A DNA stretch of 64,000 nt from the NCBI GenBank assembly GCA_027484985.1, contig JAIXRW010000056.1, positions 2,814-66,813 of the forward strand, written 5' to 3'. Source of the stretch: Rhodobacter sp. Its GTDB lineage: Bacteria > Pseudomonadota > Alphaproteobacteria > Rhodobacterales > Rhodobacteraceae. Shown piece by piece: positions 10,029 to 19,262 of the stretch (positions are counted from its first letter, which is position 1; every line of letters begins with the position of its first letter). The position numbers and the translations under genes were made by a program. The notes beneath the pieces are model-generated. The model did no database searches. It was not told the DNA's origin and was given only the letters and a program-made list of their open reading frames with translations.

Positions 10029-11423
10029 ATGGCCACCCAGAAACTCTATGCCGGCGCCAAACTGCGCGAGATCCGCGCCCGCCTTGCCCTCACGCAAAAG
10101 ACCTTTGCCGACAAACTCGGCGTCTCGCTCCCTTATCTCAACCAGATGGAAAACAACCACCGCCCCGTCTCGGCCTCGGTCGTCCTTGCGCTGGCACAGG
10201 AATTCGGCCTCGACGTGACCGAACTGACCGTGGGCGAATCCGAACGCCTCGTCTCCGACATGCGCGAAGCCCTCGCCGACCCCGTCTTTGCCAAGACCGC
10301 GCCCCCCTTGGCCGACCTGCGCCTTGCTGCCTCCAACGCCCCCGCCCTTGCCCGCGCCTTCCTTGACCTGCACCGCGCCTATCGCCAGACCCACGAACGC
10401 CTCGCCTCGCTTGACGAAGCCTTGGGCCGCGACGATGCCGCCCTGCGGGCCAGCCCGTGGGAGGAGGTGCGCGATTTCTTCCACTATTGCGACAATTACA
10501 TCGACGCCATCGACCGCGCCGCCGAACATTTCGCCAGCCTCGGCGCGGGGCAAGACATCGCCCGCACCGCGACCGAAGCCTTGGAACGCCGCGGCATCAC
10601 CCTTGCCCGTTCCCCCAACCCCGACCTGCGCCGCTACGACCCCGCCACCCGCACCCTCACCCTGTCAGACCGCAGCGCAGGCCCGACCCAGCGCTTCCAA
10701 CTGCTGATGCAGGTCGCCCTTCTGACGCAAAACGAATTGATCGAGGCCACCCTCGACCTCGCCCGCTTCACCACGCCCGAAGCCCGCGACATCGCCAAGA
10801 TTGGCCTCGCCAACTATTTCGCCGGTGCCGCCCTCTTGCCCTATCGCGCCTTCCAACAGGCAGCCTTGGACACCCGCCACGACCTTGAACGCCTGGCCGA
10901 CCTGTTCGGCGCCTCCATCGAACAGGTGGCCCACCGCCTTTCCACTCTGCAACGCCCCGGCGCCAAGGGCATCCCCTTCTTCTTCGTCCGCGTCGATCAG
11001 GCGGGCACCATCACCAAGCGCCATTCCGCCACCCGCCTGCAATTCGCCCGCTTCGGCGGGGCCTGCCCGCTCTGGAACGTCCACCGCGCCTTTGAAACGC
11101 CGGGTCACTTCCTGCGCCAGCTTGCCGAAACCCCCGATGGCGTGCGCTACCTTTGCCTCTCGCGCGATGTCTCCAAACCCGGCGGCGCCTTCCATGCCCC
11201 CGTCAAACGCTTCGCCATCGGTTTGGGGTGCGAGGTGCAGCACGCCCCCGCCCTCGTCTATGCCGACGGGCTCGACCTCAAGGGCCGGTTTGAACCCATC
11301 GGCATCTCCTGCCGCATCTGCGAACGCAGCGATTGCCATCAACGCTCGGTCCCGCCGCTGGAACGCCGCCTGCGCGTCGATCCCGACCGCCGCGGCCTTC
11401 TGCCCTATGAAATCGCGGAATAG
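10029..11423 (+). CDS. pccR: short-chain fatty acyl-CoA regulator family (XRE HTH + ImmA/IrrE-like + DUF2083), PccR-like
   Basis: In-frame ATG within ORF 9795..11423. N-terminal XRE HTH (LREIRARLALTQKTFADKLGVSLPYLNQMENNHRPVS). Long C-terminal domain with a Cys cluster (CRICERSDCHQR). Located beside pccB as in R. sphaeroides. Confidence 0.75.
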   Translation: MATQKLYAGAKLREIRARLALTQKTFADKLGVSLPYLNQMENNHRPVSASVVLALAQEFGLDVTELTVGESERLVSDMREALADPVFAKTAPPLADLRLAASNAPALARAFLDLHRAYRQTHERLASLDEALGRDDAALRASPWEEVRDFFHYCDNYIDAIDRAAEHFASLGAGQDIARTATEALERRGITLARSPNPDLRRYDPATRTLTLSDRSAGPTQRFQLLMQVALLTQNELIEATLDLARFTTPEARDIAKIGLANYFAGAALLPYRAFQQAALDTRHDLERLADLFGASIEQVAHRLSTLQRPGAKGIPFFFVRVDQAGTITKRHSATRLQFARFGGACPLWNVHRAFETPGHFLRQLAETPDGVRYLCLSRDVSKPGGAFHAPVKRFAIGLGCEVQHAPALVYADGLDLKGRFEPIGISCRICERSDCHQRSVPPLERRLRVDPDRRGLLPYEIAE

Positions 11424-11509
11424 CCCCGCACCCCCTACATCTTGCGCCCCACCCCCCGTAAATGGTCTAATCCCGCGCAAGTCACCCAGAACAAGAATCG
11501 AGCACACCG

Positions 11510-13465
11510 ATGGCCGACGACCTCCTTTCCAAGGGCGAATCCACCTATGACGCCTCCTCGATCGAGGTGCTGGAAGGGTTGGAGCCCGTCCGCAAACGCC
11601 CCGGCATGTATATCGGCGGCACCGACGAACGCGCCCTGCACCACCTTGTGGCCGAAATCCTCGACAACTCGATGGACGAGGCGGTGGCAGGCCATGCCAC
11701 GCGGATCGAGGTGGAACTGCACGCCGACAATTCCATCACCATCCGCGACAACGGCCGCGGCATCCCCATCGACCCCCACCCCAAATTCCCCGGCAAATCC
11801 GCGCTCGAGGTGATCCTTTGCACCCTGCACGCGGGCGGCAAATTCGGCGGCGATGCCTATGCCACCTCGGGCGGTCTGCACGGTGTCGGCGCCTCGGTCG
11901 TCAACGCCCTGTCCGACCTGATGAAGGTGGAAGTCGCCCGCAACAAGGAGCTTTTCGCCCAATCCTTCTCGCGCGGCATCCCGCAGGGCCCCGTCACGAA
12001 AGTAGGCCCCGCCCCCAACCGCCGCGGCACCACCACCACTTTCCACCCCGATCCCGAAATCTTCGGGTCGCAAACCTTCAAACCCGCCCGCCTGCTGAAA
12101 ATGGCCCGCTCCAAGGCCTATCTGTTTTCCGGCGTCGAAATCCGCTGGAAATGCGCCATCAACGATGGCGAAACCCCGCTCGAGGCGACCTTCCACTTCC
12201 CCGGCGGCTTGGGCGACTACCTCGCCGACAGCTTGCAAAAAACCACCACCTATGCCGACCGCCCCTTCGCGGGCAAAGTCAGCTTCACCGAAAAATACGG
12301 CGTCCCCGGTTCGGTCGAATGGGCGATCAACTGGACGCCGGTGCGCGACGGCTTTACCCAATCCTACTGCAACACCGTCCCCACCCCCGAAGGCGGCACG
12401 CATGAAGCCGGCTTCTGGGCCGCCATCCTGCGCGGCATCCGCGCCTACGGCGACCTTGTGAAGAACCGCAAGACCGAGCTTATCACCCGCGAAGACCTCA
12501 TGGCCGGCGGCTGCGCCCTTGTCTCCTGCTTCATCCGCGAACCGCAATTCGTCGGCCAAACCAAGGACCGTCTGGCCACGGAAGAGGCTGCCAAATGGGT
12601 CGAAGGCGCCGTGCGCGACCATTTCGACAACTGGCTTGCCAATGACACCAAATCCGCAGGCGCGATCCTCGATTTCCTGATCCTGCGCGCCGAGGAACGC
12701 CTGCGCCGCCGTCAGGAAAAGGAAACCGCCCGCAAGACCGCGACCAAGAAGCTGCGCCTGCCCGGCAAACTGACCGACTGCACCGCCAAATCCCGCGAAG
12801 GGACCGAGTTGTTCATCGTCGAAGGCGACTCGGCCGGTGGCAGCGCCAAAGGTGCGCGTGACCGCGAAACGCAGGCCCTGCTGCCGCTCAAGGGTAAAAT
12901 CCTGAACGTGCTGGGCGCGGCCTCGGCCAAGCTGCACGAAAACAGCGAAATCCGCGACATTTGCGAAGCCCTTGGCGTGGGCATGGGCACGAAATTCAAG
13001 GTCGATGACCTGCGCTATGACAAGATCATCATCATGACCGACGCCGATGTTGACGGCGCCCATATAGCATCCCTGCTGATGACCTTCTTCTTCACCCAGA
13101 TGCGCCCGCTGATCGACAAGGGCCACCTCTACCTCGCCTGCCCGCCGCTCTACCGCCTGACCCAAGGCGCCAAACGTCTCTACGTGGCCGACGACGCCGA
13201 AAAGGAACTCTGGCTCGCCAAGGGCATCGGCGGCAAAGGCAAGATCGACGTCCAACGCTTCAAGGGTCTGGGCGAGATGGACGCCAAAGACCTGAAAGAC
13301 ACCACCATGAACCCCGCCACCCGCAAACTGATCCGCGTGAGTATCGACGAGGACGAACCGGGGATGACGGGGGACTTGGTGGAGCGTCTGATGGGCAAGA
13401 AGCCGGAACTGAGGTTCCAGTATATTCAGGAGAATGCTAAGTTTGTGGAAGAGTTGGATGTGTGA
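11510..13465 (+). CDS. parE: DNA topoisomerase IV subunit B
   Basis: ORF track 651 aa. GHKL ATPase and Toprim blocks (LEGLEPVRKRPGMYIGG, LHHLVAEILDNSMDE, ELFIVEGDSAGGSAK, IIIMTDADVDGAHI). The length fits ParE rather than GyrB. Roughly the last 130 nt switch to G/T-ending, lower-GC codons. Confidence 0.9.
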   Translation: MADDLLSKGESTYDASSIEVLEGLEPVRKRPGMYIGGTDERALHHLVAEILDNSMDEAVAGHATRIEVELHADNSITIRDNGRGIPIDPHPKFPGKSALEVILCTLHAGGKFGGDAYATSGGLHGVGASVVNALSDLMKVEVARNKELFAQSFSRGIPQGPVTKVGPAPNRRGTTTTFHPDPEIFGSQTFKPARLLKMARSKAYLFSGVEIRWKCAINDGETPLEATFHFPGGLGDYLADSLQKTTTYADRPFAGKVSFTEKYGVPGSVEWAINWTPVRDGFTQSYCNTVPTPEGGTHEAGFWAAILRGIRAYGDLVKNRKTELITREDLMAGGCALVSCFIREPQFVGQTKDRLATEEAAKWVEGAVRDHFDNWLANDTKSAGAILDFLILRAEERLRRRQEKETARKTATKKLRLPGKLTDCTAKSREGTELFIVEGDSAGGSAKGARDRETQALLPLKGKILNVLGAASAKLHENSEIRDICEALGVGMGTKFKVDDLRYDKIIIMTDADVDGAHIASLLMTFFFTQMRPLIDKGHLYLACPPLYRLTQGAKRLYVADDAEKELWLAKGIGGKGKIDVQRFKGLGEMDAKDLKDTTMNPATRKLIRVSIDEDEPGMTGDLVERLMGKKPELRFQYIQENAKFVEELDV

Positions 13466-13505
13466 TAACAGCTCAGGGTAGTAAAACTATCTTGAGCGGT
13501 GTTTC

Positions 13506-14144
13506 GTGTCAAAACCTCTAGCCAACTTTAAATCTACCATTGCCCGTGCTCGTCAACTATGCGAACTCCGAGAAACCGTAGCTACGCTGAGCGAACCCGA
13601 TGACCTTCTAAGATCAGCAATAGTGCTATCAGTTGCGGGTTTTGACGCCTATTTTACTGATAAGTTTTCAGACATACTCGTTCCCTATTTGAAAACGCGC
13701 AAGCCAGGCCCGACCCTCATTAAGATCCTTGAGGACTCTGGCCTAAACGCGGAGACAGCACTTGAAATCGCAGTCATGCATAGGCCGTTTCGAAGAATTC
13801 GGACGCTTGTTCAGGCCCATGTTTCCAGCAGAACGACACAGCGCTTTCAAGCAATTGACGAACTGTTCCTCTCAATTGGTGTAAAAGACCTTTGCACTAA
13901 TGCGCAGCGGAAAACTGGATATGCCGCAATTAACTCTCGCGTTGAAGCATTCGTGTTGAAACGCCATGTAATTGCTCACCGGGCAGACTTGGACACCCGA
14001 GGAAAACCGCAGAAGATAGATGCGATGAAAACTATTCGCAGAATTGATGATCTTGAAAAGCTTGTCATAGCCTGCGATGAAATCATTAATGCGGCAACGC
14101 GAGCAAAAAAAAGCGTACGTAAGCCCCGAAAAAAGGCTGACTAG
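13506..14144 (+). CDS. hypothetical protein on a low-GC islet; HEPN-like (R-x4-H) candidate
   Basis: ORF track 212 aa, GTG start. Markedly AT-richer than its flanks. All-helical-looking sequence with LKRHVIAHRAD (R-x4-H) near the C-terminus and an N-terminal LLRSAIVLSVAGFDAYFTDKF helix, resembling RiboL-PSP/MAE_28990-type HEPN proteins. Basic tail KKSVRKPRKKAD. That it is coding is likely; the family assignment is tentative. Confidence 0.45.
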   Translation: MSKPLANFKSTIARARQLCELRETVATLSEPDDLLRSAIVLSVAGFDAYFTDKFSDILVPYLKTRKPGPTLIKILEDSGLNAETALEIAVMHRPFRRIRTLVQAHVSSRTTQRFQAIDELFLSIGVKDLCTNAQRKTGYAAINSRVEAFVLKRHVIAHRADLDTRGKPQKIDAMKTIRRIDDLEKLVIACDEIINAATRAKKSVRKPRKKAD

Positions 14145-14190
14145 TGATCGTACGTTTTGAATTCACCTAGTTGACCGTCATAGTAAGCTA

Positions 14191-14312
14191 GGGCCGCGCC
14201 CGACCCGACGGGATGGGTGCGCATTGCGCGCCCGCCCCGTGGGGGGCGGGTCGGGCGCGGCCCGTGGGCAGGCCCACGGGCAAACCTGACCGTTGCGCTC
14301 CATCAGTGGACC
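14191..14312 (-). repeat. composite structured repeat family B, copy 2 (inverted relative to copies 1 and 3)
   Basis: GGGCCGCGCCCGAC...GGGTGCGCATTGCGCGCCC...GGGGCGGGTCGGGCGCGG CCCGTGGGCAGGCCCACGGG ... GCGCTCCATCAGTGGAC. Marks the right border of the low-GC islet. Confidence 0.65.
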
Positions 14313-14396
14313 AAGCTGAACCCCCAACCTTAACCCCCTCTTAACCCTCCCCGCCCCACACTCCCCCTTGCCTGCACACTTAAAGTATGCATATAA

Positions 14397-14666
14397 ATGT
14401 GGAACTGGGACGAACCCAAACGCCAGACCAACCTCGCCAAGCACGGCCTCGACTTCGCCGCGCTCGGAGATATTGATTTGGCAAAACAGCAAATCGACCC
14501 GGACCTGCGATACGACTACGGCGAACCGCGTTTCACCTTCTTCTTCGAACGCGCAGGTCGCCTGCACCACGTGACATTCACCCCGCGGAACGGGCGCTTC
14601 CGCCTGATATCCTTCCGCAAGGCGAACAAGCGAGAGAAACGGAAATGGGCAAGTCGAAACCTGTAA
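14397..14666 (+). CDS. brnT: BrnT family toxin (DUF497)
   Basis: ORF track 89 aa. MWNWDEPKRQTNLAKHGLDF...RFRLISFRKANKRE matches the BrnT pattern. Overlaps the next gene by 22 nt. Confidence 0.85.
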   Translation: MWNWDEPKRQTNLAKHGLDFAALGDIDLAKQQIDPDLRYDYGEPRFTFFFERAGRLHHVTFTPRNGRFRLISFRKANKREKRKWASRNL

Positions 14667-14968
14667 AGCTGCTTCCGATCTCGGACGAAGAAGACGAAGC
14701 CATCAACTGCGGCATCGCCTCCGATCCGGACACCTATGAATGGACCGAGGAAAACTTCGCCCGCGCCCGCCCCGTCTGGGATTTCCCCGAACTCGTCGAA
14801 ATCCTGCAAAAGCACGGCAAACTCGGCCGCCCGCCCCTGCCTGAATCCGAACGCAAGCAGCGCGTCACGCTCCACCTTGACCGCGATATCCTCGCAGCCC
14901 TCAAAGCCGAAGGCAAAGGCTGGCAAACCCGCGCCAATGCCGCCCTGCGCCGTGCGCTGGGGCTGTGA
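14645..14968 (+). CDS. brnA: BrnA antitoxin family protein
   Basis: ORF track 107 aa. C-terminal GRPPLPESERKQRVTLHLDRDILAALKAEGKGWQTRANAALRRAL is typical of BrnA (RHH-like). Confidence 0.85.
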   Translation: MGKSKPVKLLPISDEEDEAINCGIASDPDTYEWTEENFARARPVWDFPELVEILQKHGKLGRPPLPESERKQRVTLHLDRDILAALKAEGKGWQTRANAALRRALGL

Positions 14969-14977
14969 CAGGCGGCA

Positions 14978-15394
14978 TCACTCCGCCTGCAAGCCCTTCA
15001 CATATTCCGCCAGTTGCACCAGCCGCAGCGGCGTGGGCGTGGCGATGCCATCCCCGCCATCGAACAGCACCGTCTCGCTGTCAAGCAACTCCTTGAACTC
15101 GGGCATCACGCGGCCTTCATCCCGCCCCGTATAGCCCCAGATCTGCGCCATCACCCGCGTGCCGGGAAACACCCCGCCATTCCCCGCCGAAAGCTGCGTC
15201 AGATCGGCAGGCTTCTTGGCCAGCCCCGCCGCCATCTCGCCATCACCCCGCCCCGAAACCCCGTGGCAGGCCACGCAATGCGCCGCGAAATCCTGCGCCC
15301 CCGTGGGCACCGCCGCCTCGCGTCCGGGCATCACACAGGCGGCCAGCACCGCCAGCACGGCCATGCCAAGGGGATAGATGAACACGCGCTGCAT
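14978..15394 (-). CDS. c-type cytochrome, lipoprotein-anchored
   Basis: ORF track 14978..15412. Start moved to MQRVF, which has GGAGG 5 nt upstream. Lipobox LAAC and haem motif CVACH. Confidence 0.75.
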   Translation of the reverse strand: MQRVFIYPLGMAVLAVLAACVMPGREAAVPTGAQDFAAHCVACHGVSGRGDGEMAAGLAKKPADLTQLSAGNGGVFPGTRVMAQIWGYTGRDEGRVMPEFKELLDSETVLFDGGDGIATPTPLRLVQLAEYVKGLQAE

Positions 15395-15444
15395 CGGGGC
15401 CTCCGTTTCCATTCGTTAACGAAACAGAAGCACCAATCCGCCCC

Positions 15445-16122
15445 TCAGGCAACCACCCGACCACCCTCAAGCCGCACGATCCGGTCCATCCGCCCCGCCA
15501 GTTCCATGTTATGCGTGGCAATCAGCGCCGAAAGCCCCGTCTCGCGCACCAGTTCCATCAGCGCGCCGAACACTGTGTCCGATGTCGCGGGGTCAAGGTT
15601 CCCCGTCGGCTCATCCGCCAGCAAAAGCTTCGGCCCGTTCGCCAGCGCGCGGCAAAACGCCACCCGCTGCTGTTCGCCCCCCGACAAAGCCGCAGGCCGG
15701 TGCGCCGCCCGCGCGGCAACCCCCACGCGGCCCAAAAGGTCCATCCCCCGCGCCACCGCCGCAGCCTTGGCCACGCCATTGGCAAGCTGCGGCAGCACCA
15801 CATTTTCCAGCGCCGAAAACTCGGGCAGCAGATGGTGGAACTGGTAGATGAACCCCACATCCGCCCGCCGCGCCGCCGTGCGCGCCCCGTCCGACAGCCC
15901 CGCCATCTCGCGCCCCGCATGGGCCACACGGCCCGCATCCGCCACGTCGAGCAATCCGGCGATATGCAGCAGCGTCGATTTCCCCGCGCCCGATGGCGCG
16001 ACCAAAGCCACCACCTCGCCCCGCGCCACGCTCAGCGATGCCCCGCGCAGCACCATCACCTCCGACGGCTTGCCACGGTTGTAGCCTTTCTCGATCCCCT
16101 CCAGAACCAGCGCCTCACTCAT
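15445..16122 (-). CDS. lolD: lipoprotein-releasing ABC transporter ATP-binding protein
   Basis: ORF track 225 aa. Walker [10 protein letters not shown] and signature LSGGEQQR. 8-nt overlap with the upstream LolC/E permease gene. Confidence 0.9.
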   Translation of the reverse strand: MSEALVLEGIEKGYNRGKPSEVMVLRGASLSVARGEVVALVAPSGAGKSTLLHIAGLLDVADAGRVAHAGREMAGLSDGARTAARRADVGFIYQFHHLLPEFSALENVVLPQLANGVAKAAAVARGMDLLGRVGVAARAAHRPAALSGGEQQRVAFCRALANGPKLLLADEPTGNLDPATSDTVFGALMELVRETGLSALIATHNMELAGRMDRIVRLEGGRVVA

Positions 16123-17398
16123 AGCGCAGCGCCTCCACCGGGTTCATCCGCGCCGCCCGCCGCGCGGGGAAAAGCGTCACGACGAAAGACAGGAACAGCG
16201 ACAAGGCCACCGCCGACAACACATCATGAACCTGCAACTTCGCGGGCAGCGCATAGATGCCCCGGATCGACGGGTCCCACACCCCGCCCCCCGCCACATA
16301 ATTCACCGCCGAAAAGATCGGGTCGATATAGATGGCGAACAGGCACCCCAGCACCACGCCCGCCGCCGTGCCCACCAGACCGGTCGAGGCGCCACAGATG
16401 AAAAACACCCGCAGCACCGCGCCCTCGGTCAGCCCCATGGTCCGCAAGATGCCGATATCGCGGCCCTTGTTCTTCACCAGCATGATCAGCCCCGAAATGA
16501 TGTTCATCGCCGCGATCAGCACCAGAATGGACAGGATCACGAACATCACATTGTCCTCGATATCCAGCGCGCGCAAAAACGCCCCCGCACTGTCGCGCCA
16601 TGTCCAGACCAGCGCCCCCTCGCCTGCCGCCCCCATGACAAGCGGCGCGATCTCCTCGATCCGGTCGGGATGGGCAACGGTCACGTCGATCTCGTCGGCC
16701 ATCCCCTCGCGGTTGAAATAGCTCTGCGCCTCGTCAAAGGGGATATAGATGCGCGTGCGGTCAATGTCATAGCGGCCGGCGGTAAAGATATAGACCACCT
16801 CATAGGCGTTCACCCGCGGGCTGATGCCCAGCGCGGTCTTTACCCCCGTCGGCGCCACCAGCCGCAGCCGGTCGCCCAGCCCCACGCCCAGCTCGCGCGC
16901 GATGCCCGACCCGATGGCAATGCCACGGGGAAAATCCTCCAGCGCGCCCTCGGCCTCGGCCCCCTTGCCCACGCGGGGAATGGCGGCCAGATCCGCGGGG
17001 CGGATGCCGTAAACCTCGGCCCCCAGCGCCCCCTCGCCCGCGGTGACCATGACCTGCCCCTTCACCACCGGCGCCGCCCGCGTCACCCCGGCCACCGCCG
17101 CCACCGCAGCGGCGCGCGCATCGTAATCATCAAAGCCGCGCACCAGCCGCCCCCCGGCATCCACCGTTCCCGCCGGATAGACGGTGATATGGGCATTGGC
17201 CCCCAGAATGGTGCTGACAAACTCCGCCCGGAACCCCGCCCGTACCGCCAGCGTGGCGATCAGCGCGAACACCGCCAGCGTGATCCCCACCAGCGAAATC
17301 CATGTCATCACCGAAACGCCGCCCTCGGCCCGCCGCGCCCGCAAATAGCGCCAGGCGATCATCCATTCGAAAGCCGCAAAAGGCCGCGTCCTAGCCAT
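16115..17398 (-). CDS. lolC: lipoprotein-releasing system permease, LolC/LolE family
   Basis: ORF track 427 aa. MacB/FtsX-type permease with N-terminal [14 protein letters not shown]. Confidence 0.9.
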   Translation of the reverse strand: MARTRPFAAFEWMIAWRYLRARRAEGGVSVMTWISLVGITLAVFALIATLAVRAGFRAEFVSTILGANAHITVYPAGTVDAGGRLVRGFDDYDARAAAVAAVAGVTRAAPVVKGQVMVTAGEGALGAEVYGIRPADLAAIPRVGKGAEAEGALEDFPRGIAIGSGIARELGVGLGDRLRLVAPTGVKTALGISPRVNAYEVVYIFTAGRYDIDRTRIYIPFDEAQSYFNREGMADEIDVTVAHPDRIEEIAPLVMGAAGEGALVWTWRDSAGAFLRALDIEDNVMFVILSILVLIAAMNIISGLIMLVKNKGRDIGILRTMGLTEGAVLRVFFICGASTGLVGTAAGVVLGCLFAIYIDPIFSAVNYVAGGGVWDPSIRGIYALPAKLQVHDVLSAVALSLFLSFVVTLFPARRAARMNPVEALRYE

Positions 17399-17502
17399 CG
17401 GTCCACCCGTTCAGAAACCCGCCCGCACCCTGCGGGCAAGCCCCGCCCCCGTCAAGGCAGCCCCAAGGCCGCACCGGTCACGAAAGCGCCACAGCCCCCC
17501 GT

Positions 17503-17568
17503 CATTTTCTGCCCTGAAATATCCTCAAGGGGTGAGCACGGCACGTGCGAGGGGACAGAATGTCCCCT
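17503..17568 (+). repeat. intergenic repeat family A, forward variant copy
   Basis: CATTTTCTGCCCTGAAATATCCTCAAGGGGTGAGCACGGCACGTGCGAGGGGACAGAATGTCCCCT. Confidence 0.6.
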
Positions 17569-17600
17569 GTCGCGGCCAGCCAGGAAAGCGCGGCGTCAGG

Positions 17601-18254
17601 TCAGGTCCGCATCGCCCAAAGCATCCCCCGCCGCAGCATCTGTTCCGGCACGCCATGGTCGATCACATTGGCCTGATGGCCCAGGGCGTTGTAATAGACC
17701 CGCCCCTTGCCGTAACCCTTGGTAAAGACAACCGGCATCGCCACCGGCCCGTTCACCGCATGGGGGCCCTCGACCACCGGAAAATCGCAGACCGCATGCA
17801 CCTGAACCGCAGGGTCCACATGCAGGTAATACTGCTCGGTCTTCACCACGAAATTCGGCAGGCCCGCCACCACCTCATGCGCGCTCGTGACCCGCACCCC
17901 GTAATCCACCCCGTCATTGCCGGGATGCGCCACCCATTGCGCGCCGGTCAGGAACTGCCAGTCCACATTGGCGCGAAAGGCATCGCAAATGCCGCCATGG
18001 CACCCCGCCAGCCCCGTGCCCGCCGCCACGGCCGCGCAGACATTCAGCGCCTGCGCGTCGGCGATCTCGCTCATGGTCCAGACCGGAACGATCAGGTCAT
18101 AGCCCGCCACGCGGGCGGCATCGTCAAAACAGGCCAGCGTGTCGAACAGATCGACCTCGACCCCAGCCTCGCGCAGCCAGCCCGCAAAAAGCCCCGCCAC
18201 AAGCTCGGGCTGATGCCCGTCCCATCCGCCCCAAGTCACCAATGCCCGCGCCAT
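17601..18254 (-). CDS. ThuA domain-containing protein
   Basis: C-terminal 217 aa of ORF 17601..19118, starting at MARALVTWGGWDGHQP with GGAG upstream. ThuA-like blocks (HGGICDAF, VFTKGYGKGRVYYNALGH). Confidence 0.8.
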   Translation of the reverse strand: MARALVTWGGWDGHQPELVAGLFAGWLREAGVEVDLFDTLACFDDAARVAGYDLIVPVWTMSEIADAQALNVCAAVAAGTGLAGCHGGICDAFRANVDWQFLTGAQWVAHPGNDGVDYGVRVTSAHEVVAGLPNFVVKTEQYYLHVDPAVQVHAVCDFPVVEGPHAVNGPVAMPVVFTKGYGKGRVYYNALGHQANVIDHGVPEQMLRRGMLWAMRT

Positions 18255-18262
18255 GCCGCACT

Positions 18263-18278
18263 CCTGAAACGTTTCAGG
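18263..18278. promoter_or_regulatory. perfect 16-bp palindrome CCTGAAACGTTTCAGG (LacI/Cra-type operator-like, or SD-sequestering hairpin)
   Basis: Lies 9 nt upstream of the ThuA ATG on the minus strand and overlaps its GGAG. The core TGAAACGTTTCA resembles LacI-family operators. Confidence 0.35.
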
Positions 18279-18491
18279 CGCAAGAAAACCGCAGCCCCGC
18301 CCCGCTGTCCAGCCCCTTTGGCGGTCGCAGGCTCTGCCCGAACCGGTCAGCCCCCGCTTCCATGCGGACACCACGACGGCCTCGGTCGGCGCACGGGGCC
18401 AGCCCGCCGCCCCAACCCATGGTTGCAACCCGTTGATCGCACCCGCCTTGCGTGCAAACCTGCGCGTCCGAGTCGCGTAAACGGGTTGCCC

Positions 18492-19181
18492 ATGTTCCGG
18501 ATCTACCGCACCGCCGCCCGATGCTGGTGGACTTTGCTTCCCCTCCTGATGGTCGTCTCCGCCGCCATCGAATGCCGGCGCTTCGTTCCGGCAGGTCCCG
18601 CCCTCGGTTACGCGATTTTCATCGGCATGCTCGGCGCAACGGGACTCCTGTCGTGGTTCATCCACCGCTTCTGCCTTTACGGGGAAACACCCTTTTCCAT
18701 ATGGAAAAACGGCGGGCGCGCCCCGAAGCGTCCCTTGGCGCGCTTCATCCTCATCTACATGGCCTTGAACCTTGCGGCCTTCATTCCCGCCACCCTCGTC
18801 CCCGCCCTGCCCTTCGATCTGGTCTATGCGGCACTCTACTTCGTCATCTTCAGCCTGTTCGCTGCCGAACTGCCCGACGCCATCGACGCCGACCCGCGCT
18901 ACACCACCGCGCAGGCCCTGCGCCAAGCCCCGCGCATGGCTTGGCTTCTGCTGGCCGGAACTGGCCTCGCGACCCTCGCCTTCCAGCAGATGGAAACCCA
19001 CTCGATGCGGGCGGTCCTGCCCCTGAGCGTGGACATGCCGGTCCTGATCGCGATCAACACGGTCAAAGGCACAATCGGCCTTTTCCCGACGATCCTCGCC
19101 GTCGCCGCGTCCTGCCACATCTACCGCCGCATCGCGCCACAGACGTCTTCTGCCACGGCGAACCGCACCGCCATTGGCTGA
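18492..19181 (+). CDS. hypothetical multi-pass membrane protein
   Basis: In-frame ATG within ORF 17532..19181 (MFRIYRTAARCWWTLLPLLMVV). About 5-6 hydrophobic segments. No family recognised. Confidence 0.55.
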   Translation: MFRIYRTAARCWWTLLPLLMVVSAAIECRRFVPAGPALGYAIFIGMLGATGLLSWFIHRFCLYGETPFSIWKNGGRAPKRPLARFILIYMALNLAAFIPATLVPALPFDLVYAALYFVIFSLFAAELPDAIDADPRYTTAQALRQAPRMAWLLLAGTGLATLAFQQMETHSMRAVLPLSVDMPVLIAINTVKGTIGLFPTILAVAASCHIYRRIAPQTSSATANRTAIG

Positions 19182-19192
19182 TCGTCAGCAAA

Positions 19193-19260
19193 GGGGGGCT
19201 TTCCGCCCCCCACGGCGCGTTCCGCGCCTCCCCCCGAGAGTATTTTCACAAGGATGAAGA
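19193..19260 (-). repeat. intergenic repeat family A, reverse copy
   Basis: GGGGGGCTTTCCGCCCCCC...CCCCCCGAGAGTATTTTCACAAGGATGAAG. Inverted pair with the next copy. Confidence 0.7.
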
Positions 19261-19262
19261 TG

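Noticed and set aside
13466-14190. Calling the low-GC islet a mobile element (integrative element, IS or prophage remnant).
   Set aside because: No integrase, transposase, terminal inverted repeats or flanking direct repeats are visible. Only the compositional evidence is reported.
17601-19118. 505-aa minus-strand ORF and 549-aa plus-strand ORF 17532..19181, suggesting large proteins.
   Set aside because: Only the C-terminal 217 aa (ThuA domain, own SD/ATG at 18254) and the C-terminal 229 aa of the plus ORF (membrane protein, ATG at 18492) look like real proteins. The N-terminal extensions are low-complexity read-through of intergenic DNA.
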